A stretch of 64,000 nt of DNA from Candidatus Woesearchaeota archaeon (GTDB lineage Archaea > Nanobdellota > Nanobdellia > SCGC-AAA011-G17 > JAGVZY01), in assembly GCA_018302225.1 (NCBI GenBank), contig JAGVZY010000012.1:11191-75190 (forward strand). Reading direction: 5' to 3'. The position numbers and the translations under genes are program-made. The notes under the pieces are model-generated. The model was not told the DNA's origin, did no database searches, and saw only the letters and a program-made list of their open reading frames with translations. Positions 48,325 to 57,560 of this stretch are shown one piece after another; position 1 is the first letter of the stretch; the number at the start of each line of letters is the position of its first letter.

Positions 48325-49428
48325 TTGCTTTATAAATTAGACCTTATGAACTGGAACAGAAATTGTAGGAGTTTTAAGGGAATTCAGGCTTGTGAAATAT
48401 CTAAGACTGAGGGTTATTATAGTTGTGAAAAGTGTGAGTTTTATGAACCTATAAAGACTAAAATCTTGATCATTAAATTAGGTGCAATTGGTGATGTTTT
48501 AAGAACTACTCCTCTGTTAGAAGCAATAAAAGAAAAATATGGTTATGAATCCTCAATAACTTGGTTAGTTAAAGAAGAGAGTAAAACTTTATTATATAAT
48601 AATCCAAATATTGATAGAATTTTAGTTTATAATCCAGAAAATATTTTAAGATTGCAAATTGAAAAGTTTGATGTTGTTTTAAGTTTAGAAATAGATCTTC
48701 CTGGAAGTGCAATTGCAACTTTAGTAAAGGCAAAACCTAAATATGGATTTTTCTTAAATGAAGATGGATATCCAACTTGTTATAATAAGAAGGCTGAATA
48801 TTATTTAACAAGAGCATTTTCAGATAAAATAAATAAAGAGAATAAAAAAACTTATCAAGAAATGATGTTTGATGTTGCAGAATTAAAATATAATAAACAG
48901 GACTATTCTTTTAATTTAACTGAGAAAGATTTGAAATATGCTGAGGATTTTAAAAAGAAAAATGAAATAACTAAACCTTTAATTGGGATTAATGTTGGTG
49001 CTGGTGGAAGATGGCAAAATAAAGAATGGGGACAAGAAAATATAATCAATTTAATTGAAAAGATTCCAAGTAAATATCAAGTAATTTTATTGGGCGGAGA
49101 AAGAGAAGAAGTCCTAAAAAATAAGATATTACAAAAAGTTAAAGCAATTCAAAACGAAAGTAATAATTCAATAAGAGAATTTGCAAGTGTAATTAATTTA
49201 TGTGATAAGGTTATAACTGGAGATACTTTAGCATTACATTTAGCTTTAGCATTAAAGAAGAAGGTTATTGGTTTGTTTTTATGCACCCCTGCAAATGAAG
49301 TTGAAGGTTATGAAAGATTAGAAAAAATTGAAAGTAAATTGATACAAGATAATTATTATTCTGATATTTATAATCCTGAATTATGTAAAAGTATAAGTGT
49401 CGAGCAAGTTTTAAAAGAGTTAAAATGA
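48325..49428 (+). CDS. GT9 glycosyltransferase (heptosyltransferase-like) with N-terminal Cys4 segment
   Basis: Has ILIIKLGAIGDVLRTTPLL, which is the GT9 signature. The N-terminal 40 aa contain C-x8-C-x10-C-x2-C. Confidence 0.7.
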   Translation: MLYKLDLMNWNRNCRSFKGIQACEISKTEGYYSCEKCEFYEPIKTKILIIKLGAIGDVLRTTPLLEAIKEKYGYESSITWLVKEESKTLLYNNPNIDRILVYNPENILRLQIEKFDVVLSLEIDLPGSAIATLVKAKPKYGFFLNEDGYPTCYNKKAEYYLTRAFSDKINKENKKTYQEMMFDVAELKYNKQDYSFNLTEKDLKYAEDFKKKNEITKPLIGINVGAGGRWQNKEWGQENIINLIEKIPSKYQVILLGGEREEVLKNKILQKVKAIQNESNNSIREFASVINLCDKVITGDTLALHLALALKKKVIGLFLCTPANEVEGYERLEKIESKLIQDNYYSDIYNPELCKSISVEQVLKELK

Positions 49429-49826
49429 ATCTAGTTGTTAATGCAATTGTTAAAAGAGGAAATCATTTTCTTATAATTAAAAGAAGCTCTAAAGATGAGA
49501 TTCATCCTGAAAAATGGAGTTTTCCGGGTGGCAAGTTAGAAGAAGGAGAAACTATTTTAGAAGCTTTAAAAAGAGAATTGAAGGAAGAAGTTTGTTTAGA
49601 TATAGGTGATGATTTAATTTATATTGCAGATTATAGTTATATTAGAAAAGATAAAAGTAATATTTTAGGTATTTCTTTTTTAGTTAAGAGTTTTAATTCT
49701 AATGTAAAAAAAGGTAAAGAAATCCAAGATTTTAAATGGGTAACTGTTGAAGAACTTAGTAAATACAAAGTTACAGGTAGTTTAGAAGAAGAAATGTTAA
49801 AAGCTTTGTCTAAAGATTTAACTTAA
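49425..49826 (+). CDS. NUDIX hydrolase
   Basis: Nudix box GGKLEEGETILEALKRELKEEV. It overlaps the previous gene by 4 nt. Confidence 0.8.
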   Translation: MNLVVNAIVKRGNHFLIIKRSSKDEIHPEKWSFPGGKLEEGETILEALKRELKEEVCLDIGDDLIYIADYSYIRKDKSNILGISFLVKSFNSNVKKGKEIQDFKWVTVEELSKYKVTGSLEEEMLKALSKDLT

Positions 49827-49870
49827 TTTTAACAATAAATTTATATAATTTAAAGTAATTCTGTTTAATA

Positions 49871-50437
49871 ATGAATAAAGAAGCGAGAGGGGATATTCTT
49901 GAAGTTCTTACAGAAGCAATATTGGCTTTAGAAAATGATGATGTTAAAAAGTTGAAAGAATTAAGTGATAAAACTATTCATGCTATGACTATATATCAAT
50001 CTGAAGAGCCAATTTTAGTTGCAATTGTTCTTTATACAGCATCTAAAGTCTATGAAAGAAGTAAATATCACACTTATCAAGATTGGGATTATGTGGATGC
50101 AATAGTTAGAAATAATCTTATTGAAGCTAAAAAGAAATTAGAGAAAAATGATAATGAAGGCTATTTAAATTCTTTAAAAAATATTCTTAAAAAATTAGGA
50201 AGGGTAGAATCTAAGCTTGGAAAATATATTTCTGAGATTGTTGAAAGAACAAAAATAAATAAAGCTTCAAGATTATATGAACATGGTTTAAGTTCCGGTG
50301 TTGTAAAAGAGCTATTGGGTGTAACTGGTTGGGAATTAGCAGAATATACAGGGACAACAGGAATAGCAGATCGACAAGAAGGAATAACTGAGTCAATTTC
50401 TAGAAGATTAAAGGTTGCAAGGGGGATATTTAGTTAA
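49871..50437 (+). CDS. hypothetical helical protein (188 aa)
   Basis: ORF only. Confidence 0.3.
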   Translation: MNKEARGDILEVLTEAILALENDDVKKLKELSDKTIHAMTIYQSEEPILVAIVLYTASKVYERSKYHTYQDWDYVDAIVRNNLIEAKKKLEKNDNEGYLNSLKNILKKLGRVESKLGKYISEIVERTKINKASRLYEHGLSSGVVKELLGVTGWELAEYTGTTGIADRQEGITESISRRLKVARGIFS

Positions 50438-50438
50438 G

Positions 50439-51122
50439 ATGAATATAGTTTTTGATTCTAGTAGTATAATAAGTATAGTTTTAAATAATTTAATTCCTGT
50501 TTTAGAAGATATGAAAAGAAATCATAATGTTAATTTTTATTTACCTTTGGCTGTTCAAAGAGAATTAGTAACGGTTCCAATTCAAGGTAGGAGATTTAAA
50601 TTAGAAGCTATGGAATTACAGAAAAAAATTGATGAGGGTTTGTTTATAATTTATTCTAAAAAAGATTATTTAGGAAGGTCTATGAAATTGTATAGAATTT
50701 CAAATCAAATATTTAATACAGAAGGAAAATATATGAGAATAATTCAAGAAGGCGAAATACAAAGTTTAGTTTTAGCAGATGAATTAGATGGGATTTGTGT
50801 TGTTGATGAAAGAACTTTAAGGATGTTGGTTGAAGATCCACAGAAACTAAAAGAACTGCTTAGTAGCAAGCTTCATACTACTATTAAAATAAATACGCAG
50901 AATCTTAAGATTTTTAGAAATGATTTGGATGTAGATATTATAAGGAGCTCTGAATTAATGACTGTGGCTTTTGAAAAAGGTTTAGTTCAAAAATATGCTA
51001 CAGGTAAGGGATTAAATTTATTAGATGCCCTTTTGTGGGGTTTAAGACTAAGAGGTTGTGCCATTTCTACTGAGGAAATTGAAGAAATAAAGAGTTTAGA
51101 AAATAAACAAGGCAAGGTTTAA
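50439..51122 (+). CDS. PIN-like domain protein (start moved to MNIVFDSS)
   Basis: The N-terminal VFDSSSII is typical of the first acidic strand of PIN domains. Further acidic positions (D at ~115, ~122). Weak. Confidence 0.35.
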   Translation: MNIVFDSSSIISIVLNNLIPVLEDMKRNHNVNFYLPLAVQRELVTVPIQGRRFKLEAMELQKKIDEGLFIIYSKKDYLGRSMKLYRISNQIFNTEGKYMRIIQEGEIQSLVLADELDGICVVDERTLRMLVEDPQKLKELLSSKLHTTIKINTQNLKIFRNDLDVDIIRSSELMTVAFEKGLVQKYATGKGLNLLDALLWGLRLRGCAISTEEIEEIKSLENKQGKV

Positions 51123-51907
51123 TTTGGTATATATATTTTATTAGCAACTTCATAATTTCCTGCTAATTTAAGATTTTTTATGTGTTGATTAATAATCTTT
51201 GAAATATTTTTACATGTTTCTCTTAGATATATAATTTTATTAATCATTTCTTCTTTAGTATAACTCTTTTTATCTTTAAAATGCATTAAATTAAGATTTT
51301 CAGAAGGTTGAGTTATTTGATCTTTTAATTTAATAATCTTGTTTTGATTAATTAGATTGAGTCTCAATTCTAAATCTCTATTTTGATAACAATTTGTTTT
51401 TGCATATAATTCTAATATTTGGATTGGGCAAGATTTATTAAGGCTAGCAAGCATACCAAAATCATCTTGTGTAAAATATCTTCTAAAAATAGAATAAATA
51501 CTGCTTTTATCAATTGATCTTTTAAATTCCTCTTTTAAATCCATATTTAATTTTAATGAATGATTGGATTTATTATTCAATTCTTTGGTTGAATATATAA
51601 TTTTTCTTTCTAATATTGAGTTTTTAGAAAATATAATTAAATCTCTAAAATTCACAAAAGGCATAAAATATTCTAAAGATGGATAATCCTTCAAACTTTG
51701 GTATAATGAATTAATCCATACAGTATCTTTTCCAAGAATACAGCCTATAAGTTCGGGAGATAATTCTGGCCAGAGTACTCCCTTATATTGAGGTACTGTT
51801 TTTAAATTTCCATTTTTGTCTTTTTTTTGAGTTATGGGATATTCACTTAGGTCAAATAAGCCGGGTTGTTTAGAAATACCATTTATTTTTTCAGTTTCTA
51901 TGGACAT
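51119..51907 (-). CDS. hypothetical protein (262 aa)
   Basis: ORF only. Confidence 0.3.
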   Translation of the reverse strand: MSIETEKINGISKQPGLFDLSEYPITQKKDKNGNLKTVPQYKGVLWPELSPELIGCILGKDTVWINSLYQSLKDYPSLEYFMPFVNFRDLIIFSKNSILERKIIYSTKELNNKSNHSLKLNMDLKEEFKRSIDKSSIYSIFRRYFTQDDFGMLASLNKSCPIQILELYAKTNCYQNRDLELRLNLINQNKIIKLKDQITQPSENLNLMHFKDKKSYTKEEMINKIIYLRETCKNISKIINQHIKNLKLAGNYEVANKIYIPN

Positions 51908-51952
51908 CTTTTTTGTAGGTAACTATAAATCAGTTCAAGTTTAAAAAACTTT

Positions 51953-52702
51953 TTATTCTAAAGTATCTGTTTTTATTATAATCTCTGAGTAAGCTTTTTT
52001 TAAGTAATCTACTAAAATTTCTGAGCTTTTTTTTGCAAAGTGCTTTCCTTTTTTTATATCCTTTTCGTATTGTGTTCCTTTAAATGCAGGAATTAAAGGC
52101 CTTATTTCAATATGATAAGGAAGTTTAGAATTATCATATTTGTTTCTATAAAATATATAGTCTTTTTCTTTACAGTAAATTACTGCGGGTGCATTTAATT
52201 TGTCTTTTAGGCGTTGAATTAAATGAGGGTGTTTTTTTTCTATTTGGTTTACACCTTTTTTTACATTATCTCTTTCAAGCCCATATTTAACTATTGCTTC
52301 AGCAGCAATTAATTCGCCTTCAATTTGGTTATTTCCTTTTTTTGTTAATGGATTTTTTAAACTTTTGAGGGTTTTGTGATATTCTACATAACTGGATTTG
52401 TCTCTAAGTTTTCTAAAAAGGGAGTATAAATCTAAGCTTTGCATTTCAGTAGAAAATTCATCAAGTTTATTTCCAAGAGTTGCTTCTAAGTGTCGAATTC
52501 TTGCATTTTTTGCAAATATCATAGAATCAAATATATTAATGAATTCTGAGAAATCTTTTAAGCTAACATATTCGTTAAGACCGATAAATAAATTTTCTTG
52601 ATCATTTTTATAAATAGTATATATTAAATTACATACATCTTGTCTTCTCAGTGCTATTGGCGGTTTTTGTTCTTTTGTTTCAAATAAGTTTAATTGTTTC
52701 AT
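51953..52702 (-). CDS. hypothetical protein (249 aa)
   Basis: ORF only. It is basic. Confidence 0.3.
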   Translation of the reverse strand: MKQLNLFETKEQKPPIALRRQDVCNLIYTIYKNDQENLFIGLNEYVSLKDFSEFINIFDSMIFAKNARIRHLEATLGNKLDEFSTEMQSLDLYSLFRKLRDKSSYVEYHKTLKSLKNPLTKKGNNQIEGELIAAEAIVKYGLERDNVKKGVNQIEKKHPHLIQRLKDKLNAPAVIYCKEKDYIFYRNKYDNSKLPYHIEIRPLIPAFKGTQYEKDIKKGKHFAKKSSEILVDYLKKAYSEIIIKTDTLE

Positions 52703-52822
52703 TTAAACCTCTAGTTAGGTGTTATAATGGGTTTAAAACAAAGTCATTTATAAATCTTTCTCTTTTTGTCACTCTTTAGTGATATATAACATTAAAATAG
52801 AGAAAGGCTTATTGTTTGACTT

Positions 52823-53647
52823 ATGGATAGGTTTGATAAGGTTTTGAAGGATATAAAAAACATAAAAATTCAAGGTGCTGAGAATGTGGCTAAAGAAGGC
52901 ATAAAATTACTTCTTTTAAAAAACGATTCTACATCAGTTAAACAAATTATTAATGTAAGACCTACTGAGCCTGCGTTGAAAAATGCAATTAGATTTGTGC
53001 TTGGTTTTAAAGATAAAAAAGCAGGTGTTAAATTAGCATTAAAACATTTTGAAAGTACAAATTCTGAAATTGTTAAACAAGGCTCAAAATTAATAAAAAA
53101 TAATTCTGTGGTTTTTACACATTGTCATAGTTCTACAGTTATTAAAATTTTAAAGCAAGCCAAAAAGCAAGGCAAAAAGTTTGAAGTTTATAGTTCTGAA
53201 ACAAGACCTTTATTTCAGGGAAGAAAAACGGTTTTAGAATTGATGAAAGCCGAGATTAAAGTTACTTCTTTTGTGGATTCTGCGTTTTTGTCAGTTGTAA
53301 AATCAGTTAAAAATAAAAATATTATTATGCTTGTGGGAACTGATGCTGTTTTGAAAAATGGGGCTATAATAAATAAAATTGGAACTGGAATGTTTGCTGA
53401 AATTTGTTATGATAATAAAATTCCTGTCTATGCGGCTTTAGATTCTTGGAAATATGCAGGACATATAAAAATTGAAGAAAGAAACTATAAGGAAATTTGG
53501 AGAAAAGCTCCTAAACGAATAAAAATAAGAGATCCTGCATTTGAAAAAGTAGATGTTAAATTTGTTAAAGGTATAATTTCTGAGTTTGGAATATTAAAAC
53601 CAAAACAATTTGTTAAAAAAGCAAAAAAAGAATTGAAGGGATTTTAA
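52823..53647 (+). CDS. e2b2: ribose-1,5-bisphosphate isomerase (eIF-2B alpha/beta/delta-like, e2b2)
   Basis: Has an eIF-2B-like fold (GAENVAKEGIKLL...GTDAVLKNGAIINKIGT). Its position next to RuBisCO also supports the call. Confidence 0.7.
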   Translation: MDRFDKVLKDIKNIKIQGAENVAKEGIKLLLLKNDSTSVKQIINVRPTEPALKNAIRFVLGFKDKKAGVKLALKHFESTNSEIVKQGSKLIKNNSVVFTHCHSSTVIKILKQAKKQGKKFEVYSSETRPLFQGRKTVLELMKAEIKVTSFVDSAFLSVVKSVKNKNIIMLVGTDAVLKNGAIINKIGTGMFAEICYDNKIPVYAALDSWKYAGHIKIEERNYKEIWRKAPKRIKIRDPAFEKVDVKFVKGIISEFGILKPKQFVKKAKKELKGF

Positions 53648-54297
53648 TGAAAATAAATGGTTTGATTTGTTTTGATATGGATGAAACTCTTATTTGGAGT
53701 GATAAAGCACATATACTTGCATTTAATCAAGCTTTTGTTGCACACGGTTTAAAAGCAATTCCTTATAAAAGATTTGAAAAAGAATTAAATGGTGATGAAA
53801 CTATTTTAATTTTAAAAAGATTATATCCTCAATTAAGTCCTAAAGAAATAAAAAAAATAAGAGAAGAAAAAAAAGAAAATATAATTCATGACACTGTAAA
53901 ATATGTTAAGGTTATACCTGGGGTAATAAAAACCTTGAAAATTTTAAAAAAAAGAGGATATGAATTGGCTATTATTTCTAATTGCAGACACGCTGAAATA
54001 ATTACTATATTAAAATATGCTAAATTATCAATTAAACTTTTTGATAAAATAATAGGTAAGGATGAGGTTAGACATCCAAAACCTTATCCCGATGAAATAT
54101 TTAAAGCCGAAAGATTATTGCATCACAAGGTGGATTTTATGGTTGGAGATAGTTTAAATGATATTAAAGCTGCAAAAAGGGCTAAAGTGGAAGTTATTTC
54201 TGTTGCATCCGGAAATGTTTCTAAAGCTAAACTGAGAAAGGCTAAACCTAACCACTTAATACTTCATTTAAGTGAGATGTTAAAAATAGTAAAATAA
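53647..54297 (+). CDS. HAD-IA family phosphatase
   Basis: Motif I is FDMDETL. It also has K-P-x-P and GDSLNDI motifs. Its start overlaps the e2b2 stop (TAATG). Confidence 0.75.
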   Translation: MKINGLICFDMDETLIWSDKAHILAFNQAFVAHGLKAIPYKRFEKELNGDETILILKRLYPQLSPKEIKKIREEKKENIIHDTVKYVKVIPGVIKTLKILKKRGYELAIISNCRHAEIITILKYAKLSIKLFDKIIGKDEVRHPKPYPDEIFKAERLLHHKVDFMVGDSLNDIKAAKRAKVEVISVASGNVSKAKLRKAKPNHLILHLSEMLKIVK

Positions 54298-54348
54298 GAT
54301 AAAATATATAAATAGGCTAACTGACCATTAATAAAAGAGGTCTACAAT

Positions 54349-55848
54349 TTGAAAAGTAAAGTAAAATCAAAAAAAAATAAAACGGGTAATTCTGTAAAAA
54401 TTAAGAAGTTAGTTACAAGTTTAAATGATAAACAAAAAAATTATGTTAATCTTAAATTAAAAAATCCGACTAATGGAACATATCTACTAACTGTTTCTCA
54501 TTTAATTCCGGGAAAGGGATTAAATATTCTGCAGGCTGCAGCTGAAGTTGCTGCAGAATCTTCAACTGGAACCAATTTTAGAGTAAAAACTGAAACTGCT
54601 TTTTCAAGAGAGTTAAATGCTTTAGTTTATAAAATTGATTTAAGTAAAAATTTGGTATGGATTGCATATCCTTGGAGAATTTTTGATAGGGGGGGAAATG
54701 TTCAAAATATTTTAACTTTTATTGTTGGTAATGTTTTGGGTATGAAAGAAATTTCTGCATTAAAAATGTTAGATATTTGGTTTCCTGCAGCGATGTTAGA
54801 ACAATACGCTGGCCCTTCTTATACTTTAGATGATATGAGAAAATATTTACAAGTTTATGATAGGCCCATTTTAGGAACTATAATCAAACCTAAGATTGGA
54901 TTAACTGCTTCTGAGTATGCTGAGGTGTGTTATGATTTTTGGTCGGGTGGTGGAGATTTTGTAAAGAATGATGAACCTCAAGCAAATCAAGATTTTTGTG
55001 AGTATCGACTTATGGTCAAGTTTGTAAAAAAAGCTATGAATAAGGCGGTTAAAGAAACAGGGCATAAAAAAATTCATTCATTTAATGTTTCTTCTCCTGA
55101 TTTTGATGAAATGATAAGAAGATGTGAATTAATCAGAAAAGTAGGTTTTGAAAAAGGGAGTTATGCATTTTTAATTGATGGTATCACTGCTGGATGGATG
55201 GCTGTTCAGACTTTAAGAAGAAGATATCCTGATGTTTTTATACATTTTCATAGGGCAAGTCATGGAGCGTATACAAGACCAGAAAATCCCATTGGCTATT
55301 CTGTCTTAGTTTTATCTAAATTTGCACGATTAGCCGGTGCATCTGGAATACATACTGGAACAGCAGGTATTGGAAAAATGGAAGGTTCAGTAGAAGAAGA
55401 CGTTACTGCTGCAAAAGAAATATTGCATTTAGTTGCACAAGGACATTTCTTTAAACAGAGTTGGGCAGAAATTCCTGACAATGATAAACAAGCCATTGAG
55501 CTGGCTAAACAAGATAATATGCATCACGTGATTTTAGAAGAGGATTCTTGGAGAGGTATGAAAAAATGTTGTCCTATAATTTCTGGAGGATTAAATCCGG
55601 TGAAATTAAAACCTTTTATTGAGGTTATGGGCGAAGTTAATTTCATTACAACTATGGGTGCAGGATGCCATGCACATCCAAAAGGAACAACTGCAGGTGC
55701 TAAAGCTTTAGTTCAATCTTGTGAAGCTTATTTAAAAGGAATAGATATTTATGAATATGCGAAAACCCATAAAGAATTGAAAGAAGCAATAGATTTTTTT
55801 ACTAATAAAAGCAAGCATATTAAGAAAATAGATACTGCAAAGGCTTAG
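54349..55848 (+). CDS. rbcL: ribulose-1,5-bisphosphate carboxylase large subunit, form III-like
   Basis: Has GTIIKPKIGLTASEYAEVCYDFWSGGGDFVKNDEPQ and the rest of the active-site framework, 499 aa. Confidence 0.9.
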   Translation: MKSKVKSKKNKTGNSVKIKKLVTSLNDKQKNYVNLKLKNPTNGTYLLTVSHLIPGKGLNILQAAAEVAAESSTGTNFRVKTETAFSRELNALVYKIDLSKNLVWIAYPWRIFDRGGNVQNILTFIVGNVLGMKEISALKMLDIWFPAAMLEQYAGPSYTLDDMRKYLQVYDRPILGTIIKPKIGLTASEYAEVCYDFWSGGGDFVKNDEPQANQDFCEYRLMVKFVKKAMNKAVKETGHKKIHSFNVSSPDFDEMIRRCELIRKVGFEKGSYAFLIDGITAGWMAVQTLRRRYPDVFIHFHRASHGAYTRPENPIGYSVLVLSKFARLAGASGIHTGTAGIGKMEGSVEEDVTAAKEILHLVAQGHFFKQSWAEIPDNDKQAIELAKQDNMHHVILEEDSWRGMKKCCPIISGGLNPVKLKPFIEVMGEVNFITTMGAGCHAHPKGTTAGAKALVQSCEAYLKGIDIYEYAKTHKELKEAIDFFTNKSKHIKKIDTAKA

Positions 55849-56535
55849 CTATTTATCTCTTAATTCTACTTTTGTAATTTCAAGAGCGCCCGTGCAAGAA
55901 TTTTCCATATTTGTTTTTGAACTTTTAATTATAATTTGTTTTTTGAACATTGGTGCATCTAAGACTAGAGATTCATATTCTCCCCCTTCTCCAGCAAGGT
56001 GCATTTTTGTCCCTAAATTTAAATTTCTTAGTTCTGTAAGAGTATTTCTATTGATTTCTTTCCCTAACCAAGACTCATTTAATCCGTCTGCAGCAATTCC
56101 AACAATTATTGCCTTAAATTTTCTTAGAATTAACTCTTGCATATAGTCTTCATGATTGATGTTCCATAAGGGGGCAATACTTTTCAAATCTAATTTTCTA
56201 CAAACATCATCAACTCTATTTTTCTGATAGGTTGATTGAATTGCACCTGAAACTATACCTTCAACTTTGTATTTATTTTTAACTATGCTTAGAATGTTAT
56301 ACAACTCATTTAATTCTTCTTCTTTTTTTCCTGGGGAAATCATACTTACATAAATAAAACCCATTGCTTTTGCTTGTAATTCTGTTAGTTTGATATTTGG
56401 ATAATGAAACATATAACTTTCCTTATTTTCTGGAAGAATGCTAACTAGACAAGCTATTTCATGTTCTTGCTTTTGTGCTTGATATATGCTAAAGCAAGAG
56501 TCTTTCCCACCTGAAAATAAAACTGCTACTTTCAT
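55849..56535 (-). CDS. PP-loop ATPase of the MJ0570/Dph6 (diphthine-ammonia ligase) family
   Basis: MKVAVLFSGGKDSCFS with the SGGKDS PP-loop, 228 aa. Confidence 0.65.
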   Translation of the reverse strand: MKVAVLFSGGKDSCFSIYQAQKQEHEIACLVSILPENKESYMFHYPNIKLTELQAKAMGFIYVSMISPGKKEEELNELYNILSIVKNKYKVEGIVSGAIQSTYQKNRVDDVCRKLDLKSIAPLWNINHEDYMQELILRKFKAIIVGIAADGLNESWLGKEINRNTLTELRNLNLGTKMHLAGEGGEYESLVLDAPMFKKQIIIKSSKTNMENSCTGALEITKVELRDK

Positions 56536-56597
56536 AGGGGGTTAGAGAACAGAGAGGTATAAAAACCTTTATATATTTAATAAATGTTTTATAAAGA

Positions 56598-57560
56598 ATG
56601 CAGGAAAAAAAAGGGTGGATATCTATTTTAGCTTATTTAGCTATACTTATTATATCTTTTTTTGTAATTAGGCCATATATTACAGCTTTACTAACTGCTT
56701 TTGTATTTTCTTATTTAACTTTGCCCTTACATAATTTTTTAAAGAAGAAAATAAAATCTAATTCAATAAGTGCTTTTATTGTTACTTGTTTAGCTGTTGT
56801 AGTTTTAATAGTCCCCACTTATTTTATTGCAAGAGAGTTAGTAAACCAATCTCTTAGGATATATAATATCATTATGGGCAATGATGCCCTCCAATTATTT
56901 ATGGGACAATTTGGAATAAATCTTGAGACAATAACTGGTGCTTTAACGCAGAAAGTTTATGATTCAGCTATTTTAATTGCAAAATCTTTGCCTCAACAGA
57001 TTTTGGGTTTTGTAATTGCAATCTTGTTTATGTATTACTTTTTAAGAGACCACGATAAACTTTTAGAAGGATTGAAATCTATTATACCTTTACATAAAGA
57101 GCATAAAGAATCTTTGTTCTTAAGTTTTAAGAATGTAACCAATTCAGTAATTTATGGTCTAGTTTTTACAGGTATTTTAGAAGCAGTTTTACTAACTATA
57201 GTGTTTTATATTTTTAAAGTTGAAGCACCTTTATTTTGGGGTTTGATAGTTTTTGTTTTAGCTTTGCTGCCTTTATTGGGACCGACTTTAGTTTGGATTC
57301 CAATTGTGATTGTTAAGTATATTTCTGGAGATATTGTTGGGGCAGTAGCAATAGGCTTGTTTGGTATATTTATTATGTCTACTATTGAAAATATAATAAG
57401 GCCAAAAATAATTGGAGATAGAGCAGGAATACATCCCGGATTAATATTGTTGGGAGTTATGGGAGGAATATCTTTGTTTGGATTTATAGGCATAATTATA
57501 GGCCCTTTAATGTTGAGCTTTGGTTTAGAAATTTTAAAATTTTATGGTAAGTGGAGATAA
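56598..57560 (+). CDS. AI-2E/PerM-family (UPF0118) transporter-like membrane protein
   Basis: About 7-8 TM helices with the family's topology. Weak at motif level. Confidence 0.45.
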   Translation: MQEKKGWISILAYLAILIISFFVIRPYITALLTAFVFSYLTLPLHNFLKKKIKSNSISAFIVTCLAVVVLIVPTYFIARELVNQSLRIYNIIMGNDALQLFMGQFGINLETITGALTQKVYDSAILIAKSLPQQILGFVIAILFMYYFLRDHDKLLEGLKSIIPLHKEHKESLFLSFKNVTNSVIYGLVFTGILEAVLLTIVFYIFKVEAPLFWGLIVFVLALLPLLGPTLVWIPIVIVKYISGDIVGAVAIGLFGIFIMSTIENIIRPKIIGDRAGIHPGLILLGVMGGISLFGFIGIIIGPLMLSFGLEILKFYGKWR

